Position numbers and translations under genes: made by a program. DNA of 63,851 bases, counting the filler, from Dimargaris cristalligena (lineage: Eukaryota): assembly GCA_003614675.1 (NCBI GenBank). It is 12 parts of 12 records of this genome, joined end to end, with 100 filler letters (N's around TTAATTAATTAA, not from the genome) between each part and the next. Parts side by side here need not be neighbours in the genome. Positions count along the whole stretch, not along the records: positions 48,121 to 53,339 come from ML003668.1; positions 53,440 to 58,650 come from ML003669.1; positions 58,751 to 63,851 come from ML003670.1; 9 more parts are not named here. One strand, given 5' to 3'. The notes beneath the pieces were generated by a model, which did no database searches, was not told the DNA's origin, and saw only the letters and a list, made by a program, of their open reading frames with translations. This document shows positions 50,755 to 62,095 of the stretch, piece after piece. Each line of letters starts with the position of its first letter. The stretch's first letter is position 1.

Positions 50755-52048
50755 GACGGTTCTTATTCGACTTGGAAAGTAGGGCGCAAGTATTACTAAA
50801 TAATAAGACCCCTTCAAAATATAGTGTTTAGAATATACGGCGAGTGGTGGTGATGGGTAGGCAGTATATGAAAACCATAACAAAGAAAATATAATGGCCG
50901 TGGTGTATCTTTAGAGAGATGTGCGAGAATCTCTCTATTTATGTAATGTGACTTCACAGCACAAGTCTCTGTGGGGTTTGAGCAACATAAAAACAGGGCA
51001 GCGTCAGCAACCCAAAAATTAATCTACAAAATACCCATAGGGACCTAGCCATTTGTTTTCTCATTGTTTCCATAGTTGTTGGGTTAACCATCAGCTGTTT
51101 TGTCCACTTGATTCCCTAACAAAAAGGTCAATTCCATCGAAGAAACCCTGTAGAACATCAGCCGACTGACCATGGTGGTACCAGTGCTCAAAAAGGAACC
51201 AAAAGAACCTCCGTACAGTTGAACATGTCTAACCAACAGCCGGCCAATTGCCGGTTCCGCGGGCAAATGTGGAAGTACTGCGGAAAATATAAAGATTAAG
51301 TGGAATCTCAAATCCCATTTAGGGTAGCGAAATAGTGAAAAATAATTTCAAATGAATACTTTTAGCCCAATCTTCCTCTCATTGAAAGCAACAGGAAATG
51401 CCCATGGTGGGACAGCATAGTATTACATTGAAATACCAACCCCCGATGCTGACTGTGGCAATATGAGCCAGCTTCACTTACTCCGGCGGTACTACATTTT
51501 CAACCAATAAAACGGGGGCAAGTGGCCTTCTAAGCAGCGAAGACGCATGGGGTCTTTGCGAATTTAACGAATAGGGCAGGTGGGTTCAACTGGTGGTCAC
51601 ATATTATCATTAATAGATGCCGTCGACGTTTTGTTATTTATTGGCGATACTTATTTCACCCAATGGACAAGTCCACGGCCTATAATAACCGAAAAGTCGT
51701 CGTGTACATATGTAAAGAACACGGCAGAGACAAATTCTGATAGTAAAAATAGAATAACCTAATAGGGTCGGATGGTAGGAAGGAATAAAAGAAGGAGAAA
51801 GATAGAGAAAACAATTTTCGCATGAAAATTTTTCCTTTCTACTTCGGGGAAAGTAATATTTTTACGGATTTTTTTTTCTTTCCCCTCTATTAACATAATA
51901 TGTTTAAAAAACGAATTATCATTAATAGATGCCTATTCCCAATAACTCTACCTCTCGAACTGGCAACTCCGTTATTTAAGGAGATGCCCAAGAGGCTATA
52001 GAGGGATATAAAAATGATATAAAACGATAAATAGACTAATAGAAATAA

Positions 52049-53125
52049 CTAAATAATAAATGAGAAAATCTGCCCTAGATCAGTATGATATGGCAGTGTC
52101 ACTCGGCAATATGCTCACATAGTTTCCAAGGCCTCCCAGCGGCCCCAATCTAACACCCTCAGTGGGTCTACCTTGGCGGCTAACACCCCAGCTACCATTG
52201 TTTTTCTTAAACTGTGTGATGAATACTCGGAGACAATGGTGGTATGATGCCCAAATGATATTAAAAGCGCGTGAAGACACCTTGTAACCCAGGCGGCTGG
52301 GTTTGTCTTGTAGGTTTTCCATAGGCTACCAGAACCGACCTGGGATAGATACTGCCGGATTATAGCTACAAATCCCGGGCAAATTGGGTTTGCTATCCGT
52401 TGTACTCCTTCGAGGCGAGCCTTACGTTTTTCGCCGATAATAAAAATGGATAGTGCATGCTCCTGGAGGGTCACATCCTGAGCTTGCAATGCTGCTAATG
52501 AACCCACCCGTAACCCGAAAATGATGCCGATAATAAAGAGGACCGCCCATTCTAACTGCGATGAGTTTGGTACCCAGCCAGGGATATATAGTTGAGTGAA
52601 GAGATGAATCAGTATGGGCCGAGCACCATGGGGATCCTTCGATGCTGGAAATTCTTGGAAAAAGGATACAGAATATCCCTTACGAAACTGGGCTACTGCC
52701 TCTTCGGAAAACTGGACTCTACCAAACATAATCCTATCGAATTTTGCTAAGGGTGCCAGCTTCCCTGGGATTGATCTAGGGTTCACCTGGGAAGTAAATA
52801 AATGAAGGAAATATAGGAATAATGTAGTATTTGTAATAGGGTGTGGTGATAAACCCGAATTTTCACAGAATTGAAGGTATTGATGATGTTGCCCAGCATA
52901 GGTCTTCCAGGTAGCTTTTGAAAGACTATTTGACAGAATCCTTTGGGCTATGGGATGACCCAGTAAACTAGGGACTATCTGGTTTAACCAGCACCCCGTC
53001 ATCATTGTGGCATAATCACCACTCTCCCCAGCTGATTTTAAAACCGGGCCACCACCATCTTCCACTGCCGATTTAGAAAAGGCTCTGGCATCAATTGGGA
53101 GGACCCGGCTGGGGATATGGCCCAT
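52049..53125 (-). pseudogene. DIRS tyrosine recombinase with premature TGA at 52115-52117
   Basis: SLSKATWKTY...FC N-terminal domain; GLR, HSLR, WGRW motifs; frame continues ETM*AYCRV to TAG at 52049-52051. Confidence 0.88.
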
Positions 53126-53278
53126 TGCCCATGGGTTGGCAGCTCAATAATTGACTGGGCATTTTTCTGGAGGGTCAGCTACCAGGGTTGGCCCCGCCAG
53201 AGGGGTAGTACAATCGTCCCCTGTGCCCTTTCTTGGATTATTTTTGCTAAGACCTGGCCAATGATTCCGAATGGAGGG
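53038..53278 (-). pseudogene. DIRS N6-adenine methyltransferase-like domain fragment
   Basis: PPFGIIGQVLAKIIQERAQGTIVLPLWRGQPW* matches the DIRS MT pattern (N)PPF...L.KI..E.A...V.P.W..QPW. Confidence 0.8.
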
Positions 53279-53339
53279 TGTAAAGAACTGAAATCAAATC
53301 CTTGAAAACTGAACTTTATTTGAAAAGATAGATAATAAA
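53279..53339 (-). mobile_element. LTR family B end inserted in the DIRS MT domain
   Basis: TGTAAAGAACTGAAATCAAATCC... at contig end. Confidence 0.85.
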
Positions 53340-53439
53340 NNNNNNNNNNNNNNNNNNNNNNNNNNNNNNNNNNNNNNNNNNNNTTAATTAATTAANNNNN
53401 NNNNNNNNNNNNNNNNNNNNNNNNNNNNNNNNNNNNNNN
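53340..53439. other. Artificial contig spacer
   Basis: N-TTAATTAATTAA-N, 100 bp. Confidence 0.99.
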
Positions 53440-53517
53440 GTATTTTATAAAATAAAAAATTATAGATATGTATAGACATATGAAGCAATATTAACCCTAG
53501 GTGGCAACAGTGCGCCA

Positions 53518-56085
53518 CTACCACTGAATAATGAACTTCGACGAGTTCCAGATAACAAAGTCGGCATCGCTGTCGGGGCCCCGATTAGGCTTCAACCACT
53601 TGGCCTGCAGGCTGTATGTTCCACTGGGGAGCATTTCGTAAGCACCGGTACTGGCATTGACTATGCCGCCTACGAAGCGCCAGCTATAGGGATTGCTGGT
53701 TGGGTTCCAGTTGCGCCGCATGTAAGGATTAGCCCCGTAGATGGCCTGCCGGTAGAGAGTGGTTCCGTCGGGTAGGACAGAGGCAACATTAATAAGAAGC
53801 ATGGCCGAGTTAAAAATTTGTTGGAAGGTGAACCCGGGATTGTCCTTATTGAGCATAGTATAGGTGGGCAAGGCACCGGCGGCGGGTGGGTTGGCAGGAC
53901 CCCAAAAAGCGGGGTAGCCAGGGGCGGTGGGTGGGGGCAAAATGGGGAGCCGAGCGATAGTATCTTTCATTCCCATTATGGGATAGTTGCGGTAGAGGGT
54001 TGTGGATCCCGTAACCAGAGTGTAATTGAGGAAGAACCCGAACATCATGTAGCCATTGCTGGCAATATTGGTGGTGGTGACCCTAGCGTTAGCTTCGAAT
54101 ATACTATTAGGCGTCACTTTACCAGAAACTGGCGAATTTATAAAAGTGATGCCGATACTGTCCGCCACTGTTTGGGGCGTCATGAGTAGGTTCTTGCTCG
54201 AATCATACACCGTGTACTGCCGGCAATTAAAGTAGAGGCTACTATAAGTGTACGTTGCCGGACCATTGTTCATGATACCGACAGCGAAAGACTGGTAACC
54301 AGCGATAGGGCCCTCGGCCTCCAAATCAGTCAGAGGGATGGATGTATATGTCCGTACACGAAGATCATCAAACAGTTTACCCATGGCAAGACTGCCCCCT
54401 CCCTGGATGGCCGGAAGATATGCCTTACCCGAGTCAAACAGTACCGTCGCATGTTCCACTAGTAAACCGGTCACCTGTTCAACGAATTCATAAGGCGAGT
54501 ATTGGAATACCAGAGCGAAGCAGCCAGCGACATAGGGGGAGGCCATGGATGTGCCCGATAATATGGCATAGGAACCGAGGTTGGTGGGATAGGTGGAGTA
54601 GACATTAGAGCCGGGGGCGACGATGGTGGGTTTCATTTCCATGTTGAGACCGGGCCCACGCGAGGAGAAGGACGACACCTGGTTGGCTTTGGGATTATTG
54701 AGCACTTGATAATTGTCGTTGGAAGTGATGCGAGGTATCCATCCTTTGCCGTACCATTCGATGAACTTATCGCCGGTGACTTTGCCCACCCGCACTGTAG
54801 GGATGGTGTTGGGGTTGGTGAATAGAGGGGGTTGGATTGGTACATCTTCAATGTCATACACAATCATGGCCACGGCCCCGGTTGCCGCCACATTAGCGGC
54901 CTTGACATCGAGGGTACACTCGCCCACTTGGACAAGGGCGATTTTACCGGTTAGCACAGTGGTGATAGCGGAACAAGCGCACAACGAGCCAGATGCGGTT
55001 TTGGCCTGGAGGACAGCCAAATTAGTGAATGCGAACGATTTGGAGATGCCCTGGGTACTCGATCGGATATGCGGGGACACACCCGTAGGGTTGGTAAACG
55101 TAAGTCCGTAACCGTATACCGTTGGAGGCTCCATGCTTCCTACTGTGAAAACCAACCGCCCGGTGGCGGGGGATCCAGTCATCCAAAAGGAGCGCTGACC
55201 TTCGTTACCCGCGGCCGCAATGATGGCGACCCCCATGGCGGTCATGTAGTCACTACAGAAGGCATCAATGTCCGAATTGAAGCCCGATGGGGCGGCAATG
55301 GAAATATTAATGACCTTCATGCCATCGACGTAGGCCATCTGCAGGGCCTTGATAAGAATGGCGCTGTTAGTCGTGGTAGAACAGCCCATGGCCCGATACA
55401 CGCCTAGGGTTGCGCCCGGTGCCACGCCCTTGAAATTACCGCTGTTGCCTGCGATAATACCAGCGACATGGGTGCCATGGCCATTACATGTATCTAAGGG
55501 ATTGGCCTTGGGCTGAGGGGTATTATAACCAGTAAAGGCGTCCCCCACCAAGTCGTACCCGTAACGCACCTTACAGCTGGTGGTATTGAAGCAATTGCCG
55601 AACGCCGGGTGGGTATAGTCGATGCCGCTATCGATGATTCCGACTTTGACGCCCGCTCCAGTCAGTCCATAAGCGGATGTCAGTGTGCTAACGCCGGTAT
55701 GGCCGTGATTGATTTGAGCCAACCCCGCGTTGGTAGTTGACTGTCGAGCCTGCAGATCCATGGTACTGTCCTGTGCCATAATTTGGTTGGGGGAAATTTT
55801 CCAAACCGAAGCAAATGTAGAGATGGCGGTTTGGTAGTACTCGTCCACCAAAACCTGAGAGCCAGCAAATACATCACTGTAGTTGGTGGCCAAAATGAAG
55901 GGAATTGACGAAGCCTTTAAGTCACTCACTAAAGAGGCACGAAGTTGGTTTGAGACTGCCAGGTCATACGACGTGCCAGGAAATTGAACGATGAACGAGT
56001 TGGGGACCACATCAGCTTGTGCGATATTCAGGGCTAGAAGCAAATTCAGCAAGAGGGCACTGACACGGCGCATAGACCGGGCCAT
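53518..56085 (-). CDS. Secreted S8 subtilisin-like protease with PA domain, 855 aa, intronless
   Basis: Signal peptide; triad IIDSGID, GHGTHVAG, GTSMASP; AAGNEG oxyanion residue; PA insert GKIALVQVGEC. Confidence 0.96.
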   Translation of the reverse strand: MARSMRRVSALLLNLLLALNIAQADVVPNSFIVQFPGTSYDLAVSNQLRASLVSDLKASSIPFILATNYSDVFAGSQVLVDEYYQTAISTFASVWKISPNQIMAQDSTMDLQARQSTTNAGLAQINHGHTGVSTLTSAYGLTGAGVKVGIIDSGIDYTHPAFGNCFNTTSCKVRYGYDLVGDAFTGYNTPQPKANPLDTCNGHGTHVAGIIAGNSGNFKGVAPGATLGVYRAMGCSTTTNSAILIKALQMAYVDGMKVINISIAAPSGFNSDIDAFCSDYMTAMGVAIIAAAGNEGQRSFWMTGSPATGRLVFTVGSMEPPTVYGYGLTFTNPTGVSPHIRSSTQGISKSFAFTNLAVLQAKTASGSLCACSAITTVLTGKIALVQVGECTLDVKAANVAATGAVAMIVYDIEDVPIQPPLFTNPNTIPTVRVGKVTGDKFIEWYGKGWIPRITSNDNYQVLNNPKANQVSSFSSRGPGLNMEMKPTIVAPGSNVYSTYPTNLGSYAILSGTSMASPYVAGCFALVFQYSPYEFVEQVTGLLVEHATVLFDSGKAYLPAIQGGGSLAMGKLFDDLRVRTYTSIPLTDLEAEGPIAGYQSFAVGIMNNGPATYTYSSLYFNCRQYTVYDSSKNLLMTPQTVADSIGITFINSPVSGKVTPNSIFEANARVTTTNIASNGYMMFGFFLNYTLVTGSTTLYRNYPIMGMKDTIARLPILPPPTAPGYPAFWGPANPPAAGALPTYTMLNKDNPGFTFQQIFNSAMLLINVASVLPDGTTLYRQAIYGANPYMRRNWNPTSNPYSWRFVGGIVNASTGAYEMLPSGTYSLQAKWLKPNRGPDSDADFVIWNSSKFIIQW

Positions 56086-58525
56086 AATTGGATAGATGGA
56101 AATGAATAAACGCTTCCTAGACTGTAAATCAACGTATCACAATAAAATCAATGGTTAAATAACCGGTAGTTAGGTGTGGATAGAAAACGATACATGTTCG
56201 GGTGATGGCGGGCGATTTAGGGCTAAACATAGCCGATTTTCTAGATTCCTGATGTTAGGAAACTTACCTGGATTATGGAAGGCTAATAGTTATGTATTAG
56301 TGGATGGCTATGAAATAATTAAGTCAACGGTGATAAGGTTAAAGTACGAAGTGGGATCAAGCCTTTATATATAAATTAGTAGACACTGGCCAATCCAGTT
56401 TTTTAATTAAGTTGGGAGTCGGGCTTTAGTAAAGTGCCGAGATCCATGGTGTAGCTAACCAAGTAGATAGGCATACATCCCTCTATGTTGGTTATTAGAT
56501 GCATGTATATTAAACCTAAGCAACAAACTCTGCTACTGGTCCTGAAACGCCCTGCCGAGATTCCCATAGCCTTATTAGGATATAATATACAAAAAGGCGA
56601 TCGAAAGGGAGGATCTAGAGGCCACCCATGTATTATCCACGCAATATATAGATTTTCCATGGCACTAATCCCGGAACTCACGCAGGCAAAAATGTCTATA
56701 TGAATTGTCTGATGCGGCAGTATGTTAAAACAGTATTCTGTAAGACAAATTTGACCTAATAATAAGCCAACAATCACATTTAGGTACTTCTCACTCCAGT
56801 GGGAATTCCCATTCAGGCCCCATCCCCACGCACAGTATTAGTGACCTCCAATACCGCGGCTGGTGAAGATCACATACCTCACTCACCTATCAATATACCC
56901 TTACACGGCTGCTGGACTTCTAAATTTTTTTCCGGTGGAGGATCTTCACAGCCATGTATAAACATTTCTACTATTTCCAAATTCAGTAGCTACTCCGATA
57001 CCACAGAGCCGCTAATCCCGGTCAGGTATGCGGTGTGTCGTTTTATTCTTGCATCTCCATAAGGTTCCTCTTTTGTTATTTTTGATTAGCAAATAATTAT
57101 GCTACCAACCCATTCAACCCCAAATTATAGCACGCTTAAACAGTACTTTATATTTATTTGTGTGGTTCCCCAAGTCTATTACTTTCTATAAAGTGCATTA
57201 CATCAGTAGTCAACCATATGGTCCTGGCCTAAGAATATATTTTAAAATGAAAAGCGATTTGCAAGCTCGAGGATTACCAACTAGCCATTGCAAATAATAC
57301 TAGTGTCTCGAAAGACCGGGTTGGGCCCCATGGAACACATTGTTTAAAATAGCCAATATGAAAATATAAGATAGGCTGGAGGTACCCAGTACATTTCCGC
57401 TCCATGTAAAACAGTTGCAATGCCGATTGGGGTATCATCACAATAATTTCATATATTATGGCCCAGTAGAAAGATATCAGGTAATGGTAGAATCAAAAGC
57501 AGAAGATAAATAGGAGCGGAGGCCAATATATGGGCTAATTATACAGACAGTGTCGTAAATGAGTTACACTCGCTCAATTAAGTAGTATGCCCCTGGGTAC
57601 AATAACTTAGTTCTCTATAGTCTGAGGATCGGATGGTCAGAAAAAACCCCTCCCGCAATGGCTAACTGGCGGCTTCGTTGCCTAAATAGCAAACTTCCCC
57701 GGCCCTGTACTTGAACCGTGCCTCAATTTCACGACGCCATTCCCTTGCAACCACTGAACGAGGTAGATCACTCCAAACTCGGACCGCCACTTGATACCAC
57801 TAATAGGGATGTCCCACCGTGTTCACATGGGAATCGCTCTCCGCCCGGTAAGTGGTAAATAGTGACCGCTCCAATCAACTGACAGAAAAATAAGAGATAA
57901 AAAAATAGAAAATAGCACTCACTGCCCCGAGCCCTTTATATCTTAATATAATAATTGCCTTATTCTTAGCAAATTCCTGTCGTAGGGTAAAATCCCGGCT
58001 ATTTCTAGAATCCCCGCGCCCAAAAGGGGGATCCCTTCCGAATATCTGAAGGTGACCATGTAACATCCATAAGCGACCGCCTAAGTGCAATACTGGGAGC
58101 ACCTTCATGCGCAATGCCTTGTCTATTTAGTTTCGAATGACGCTCGCCTGACTATGAACACAAATCACTCGAGGTTGGTACCGCAGATTTGTCTAAACAC
58201 AATTCCTGGCTTGTAATACCTCGCAACGCTCAGCCAGTCCCTATACCGCTACCCGAAAGTCTCCAAAGCTATCAGTGACACCCCCTCGGCTAACTCCAGG
58301 ATTTGACCTCAAGCTATCGACCATTAGTAAGCCCTAGTCTAGATATAAGGGGCCTACTGGCTTGGCGGACGGCCCTTTATTTGATTAGAGATTACTATTT
58401 AACTTCAAACAGTTGGCTTGGCATACGCTATTTACGCGAGCTGGCCCATTCGTATTTTTCCTTTTCTGGTCATTATGGTCATCCATCAATTTATTATCAG
58501 TCAGTTCACCTGTTTCCGTATGTTA

Positions 58526-58650
58526 TGTTGTGGCCGGGCCTACTTAATCCCTAATAGCATATCCCGGCCAAACTATTTTTAGTTTAGAAAAGATGAAGAA
58601 CATCACCAAATATCAGTCTTCATCTTTTCCCACCCAGTTATAAGCCATTC
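58526..58650 (+). mobile_element. LTR-like family C end
   Basis: Starts TGTTGTGGCC; matches the reverse complement of ~27517..27640; includes GAAAAGATGAAGA/TCTTCATCTTTTC hairpin. Confidence 0.65.
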
Positions 58651-58750
58651 NNNNNNNNNNNNNNNNNNNNNNNNNNNNNNNNNNNNNNNNNNNNTTAATT
58701 AATTAANNNNNNNNNNNNNNNNNNNNNNNNNNNNNNNNNNNNNNNNNNNN
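58651..58750. other. Artificial contig spacer
   Basis: N-TTAATTAATTAA-N, 100 bp. Confidence 0.99.
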
Positions 58751-60018
58751 TCCACGGAAATATATGTGTTGCCCGGAATACTAGACTCACCCAACGAATT
58801 GTCAGCTATACAGCCCTATACCGAACCTTTACCATTATGATATGGTTCAATATGAGTTTATAATCATACACTCTTGTTTCCACTAAACCCGGTTTTATGG
58901 AGTCATATATGGTACGAGTTAAAGGCCATAGACCTATTTGGCCGATTATTCAAACCTCAAATTTCGACATGCCAATATGCAAAAGCACTAAATGTGTATT
59001 ACTGGGGTGGCGAGTGAAGGGTATTTTAAGATTAGTTTCCAATAGAGGAGTCCAGGATTTAATAAGAAATAGCCCACACGTAATATAAATTATTAGCTAT
59101 ATAGGAGATAACGGCCTCTTTAGAAGGGGGAGAAGTCAGAACCCAATAGGTCGTTGACCTATCAGAGTCGCCCAAGTCCGGGAGTATTATACAGGAAGAG
59201 TCGGTTTTCTATAATAGCTTAAGTGACTCTTTCATCAATTAGCCAAGGGTTTAAAAAGTAGGGGTGTTGATAGAGTCAGTGAGGCGGAGTTGCCTTGTCT
59301 AAGTCTAAGGCCTCGTATTCGGCGGCTAGTGTCTCCATGAATTTACCGCGAATGTAACTTGGCGGGGGGTCTTGCATGAGCTGGGTTAATTGTCGGGCTT
59401 CGCTAAGGAGGATGTCGAGAAGACGGTGTTCAGGGTCGTCCGCCAGCAGGGGAATATTCCTTGGCTGATGGGACTGGCCACTTGGGCTAGCTTGGTTTAA
59501 GTTCATGGGGGGCTCCGCTGGTGGGTAAAACTGGCTGATATAGGGGGAAGGGTTCAAAGGGGAAACCAAGCTACAGACTATAAAGGTATCAAAGGGAAGG
59601 AGGGACAAGGAAAGAAAAAGAGAGAGTGAGAGAGAGAAGCAACTGGGATAGCCCCGCCAATTCAATGACCTGGACTTGCGCTTAAAGAGGGACAACAAAG
59701 AAGCTCATGGCATTCCCTCCCTCGCGGCCGGCTAGTTGTCTCCGTGGACACTGTTTACTGGTGGGTATTATTACGCTGTGGCCCTCATCATATTGGGCTT
59801 AAACAACTCGGCCTGCAAGTCAAGTACTATGCGGCAATGCACAGTGCTCACTTGTATCTGATGTCCTCGATGAAAACTCGCCGTTCGCCTGTTCAGCTCC
59901 ACCATCACCACCTCGGCCATTCATCCCTATACTATTTACTCCGTAGTTCCCCATTTCTTTCATTTACCATAGTCATCTTATCCCCCGCAACCGCTTCTAT
60001 ACTCGAGTGCTTGTCGCA

Positions 60019-61058
60019 ATGGAAATCCTGCAAACCATCCGCAGCTTCAGCATCCGCCAGGTAGGTCCTAAGTCCCGTTTCGCCTCCAGCAACCCCCATC
60101 TCCGACCCAGTCTCGGGCCGTCAGTCAGTCAGTCAGTCAGTCATGTAAAGCCCCCCCCCGCGCTCCCCGGACTGGGCGTTAGCCCCAACCTTTCTATTAA
60201 TATAACCGACTCATCCCGAAAACTCGGCTATTGTACCGACTGTATTGCACACCTCAATCTACGATAATTTAACCCACCCCCACTCGACGCGGTTCCGGGC
60301 CACCCCATAGATGCTTCTCCAAACCCTCAATTTTATGATGGTCCTTTCCACTGCTTTCATGTTTTGGAAGGGACTGGGCCTGTACCATAACACCGAAAGT
60401 CCCATCGTGGTTGTCCTAAGTGGTAGTATGGAGCCGGCTTTCTACAAAAACGATATTCTATTCTTGGCTAACCCCAAGACCCCCATTGATATCGGTGAAA
60501 TCGTCGTGTTTAAGGTGGAGGGCAAGGAAATTCCCATCGTCCACCGTGTTCTACGCGTACATACCGACGCCGAAACCGGCTCCCAGCGCTTCTTGACTAA
60601 GGGCGATAACAATAAGGTGGACGACCGTGGCCTGTACAACCCTGGTCAGCTCTGGGTGGACCGGAAGGACGTCGTTGGTCGGGTGCGGGGGTAAGTCGAT
60701 TGGGTTGGTGACCGCGCAGTTCATTTGGACATGACCCGGTCCTTCTCCTTATATTATATTATTGGATAGTGTTGTTGATTCCACCCAGGAATAGACCTCA
60801 ATCTAATCAGGGCTACTTCGTTTGCACCACCACACAGAATTCCTTGACAGACACCTTGGACTTGACTCCCAGATAACACCAACTAACTTTACCTCAAATC
60901 ATTGGCCTCCCATATTTAATTCCCCTCCTTTTTCCAACACCAATTTTAGATATGTGAGCTACATTGGCATGATCACCATCGTTCTCAACGAAAACCCGCA
61001 AATCAAATACGCCGTACTTGGCCTTATGGGTCTCATGATTCTACTCTCCAAGGAATAG
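60019..61058 (+). CDS. SEC11: Signal peptidase complex catalytic subunit; join(60019..60060,60311..60690,60950..61058)
   Basis: [32 protein letters not shown] motifs; two GT-AG introns keep the frame. Confidence 0.97.
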
Positions 61059-62095
61059 CGGGTCTACTCCCACGTATAGCACCAACCGCCACATACATCC
61101 TCTCTTTTTCTTTATTTGCTCGCGTCATATAAGTACCGATGCCATATAGAATGGCCCGCCCTGAATGTAGGCTATGGTATATACATAAACCTGCCTACTC
61201 AGCTTACATATAAATATATGACCGACTTTGTGTTTTATCATCCCCATAGCGACTATGTTTGCTGATTGGGGTCAGAGAGCTGTCTCCATATATATTTTTA
61301 TGCTTCCGAATAAAAACGACATTTCATTTTTGGACTTCCTAAAGACATTGTATCAACTTGTTGGAGGAATTAGGCCACTCGCAGACCTCCATACTTCCAT
61401 GTTGATTCAATCTTCGGCCGATAACAGTATACCCTGTCGCAGAACTGAATGTCAGTAGCCCCCTAGACAACTTGGGTTCCTCTTTATGGATAAATGTGTA
61501 ACCAGGGAAAGGGCTGAACCCGAAGTGGTCCCCGTTGAATCTTATTAACCAGGCGAACTTCGGCGACTAAAATGCACACCTTACACTACCCTGGGAGCAT
61601 AGTCAGATCATTAAATGGCTGAATACCTCTCCCCGTTCACGAAATGTAGGTGAATGCTGGTGCTACTACAACCCAAAGGATGGTTATTAAAACTGCGGGT
61701 GGGAGTAGGAAGACAGCCTGTGCTCAAGGTGGTGGGTAGGACAAGTGCGCTTGCTTAACTGGGGGAAATACTGATGGTTTACATTGATAGCCTTAGCTAA
61801 TACAAATGCATTAGCCATCTAACTATCTTTTGGGCACTTCACCCAATTGTCCATATCGATGGCAAAGCGTCCTATCCTGCCGTGCGATCCATACCCCCTC
61901 CTCATTTATATATATATATGGAGGCAGTCGCGGCTGATGCTTTCCATTACAGTGGCTTCTAATCCTACGTTTATTCTACACCACCCTGATCTTGTCATTG
62001 TCAGATATACCTAACCCTTCCATAGACCTGCCATTGTGGATATCGGTCGATAAGCCTTGTCATTTCGTAGAATTACAGCTATCAGCTGTGACAAT

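Larger units (their letters stand above)
51598..53278 (-). mobile_element. DIRS-type tyrosine-recombinase retrotransposon, 3' part
   Basis: Overlapping methyltransferase-like and tyrosine recombinase frames; 19-bp repeat ATTATCATTAATAGATGCC at 51603 and 51915 in the 3' region. Confidence 0.82.

Noticed and set aside
52115-53125. Phage integrase or prophage
   Set aside because: The overlapping DIRS-type MT frame, eukaryotic context and absence of phage genes indicate a DIRS retrotransposon.
28963-56085. Apparent gene cluster of transcription factor, GH16, NRPS, secreted proteins and protease
   Set aside because: These genes sit on different contigs; adjacency is an artefact of concatenation.
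5266-58750. Regularly spaced TTAATTAATTAA motif about every 5.3 kb
   Set aside because: Artificial spacer inside 100-bp N blocks. Contig lengths fall or tie in order (5261, 5253, 5245, 5244, 5242, 5242, 5241, 5227, 5219, 5211), so contigs are size-sorted and unlinked.
59276-59698. ORF divergent from SEC11
   Set aside because: The 5' part is low-complexity CT-rich sequence; the remaining 76 aa from the ATG has no recognisable motif, so it cannot be supported as a gene.
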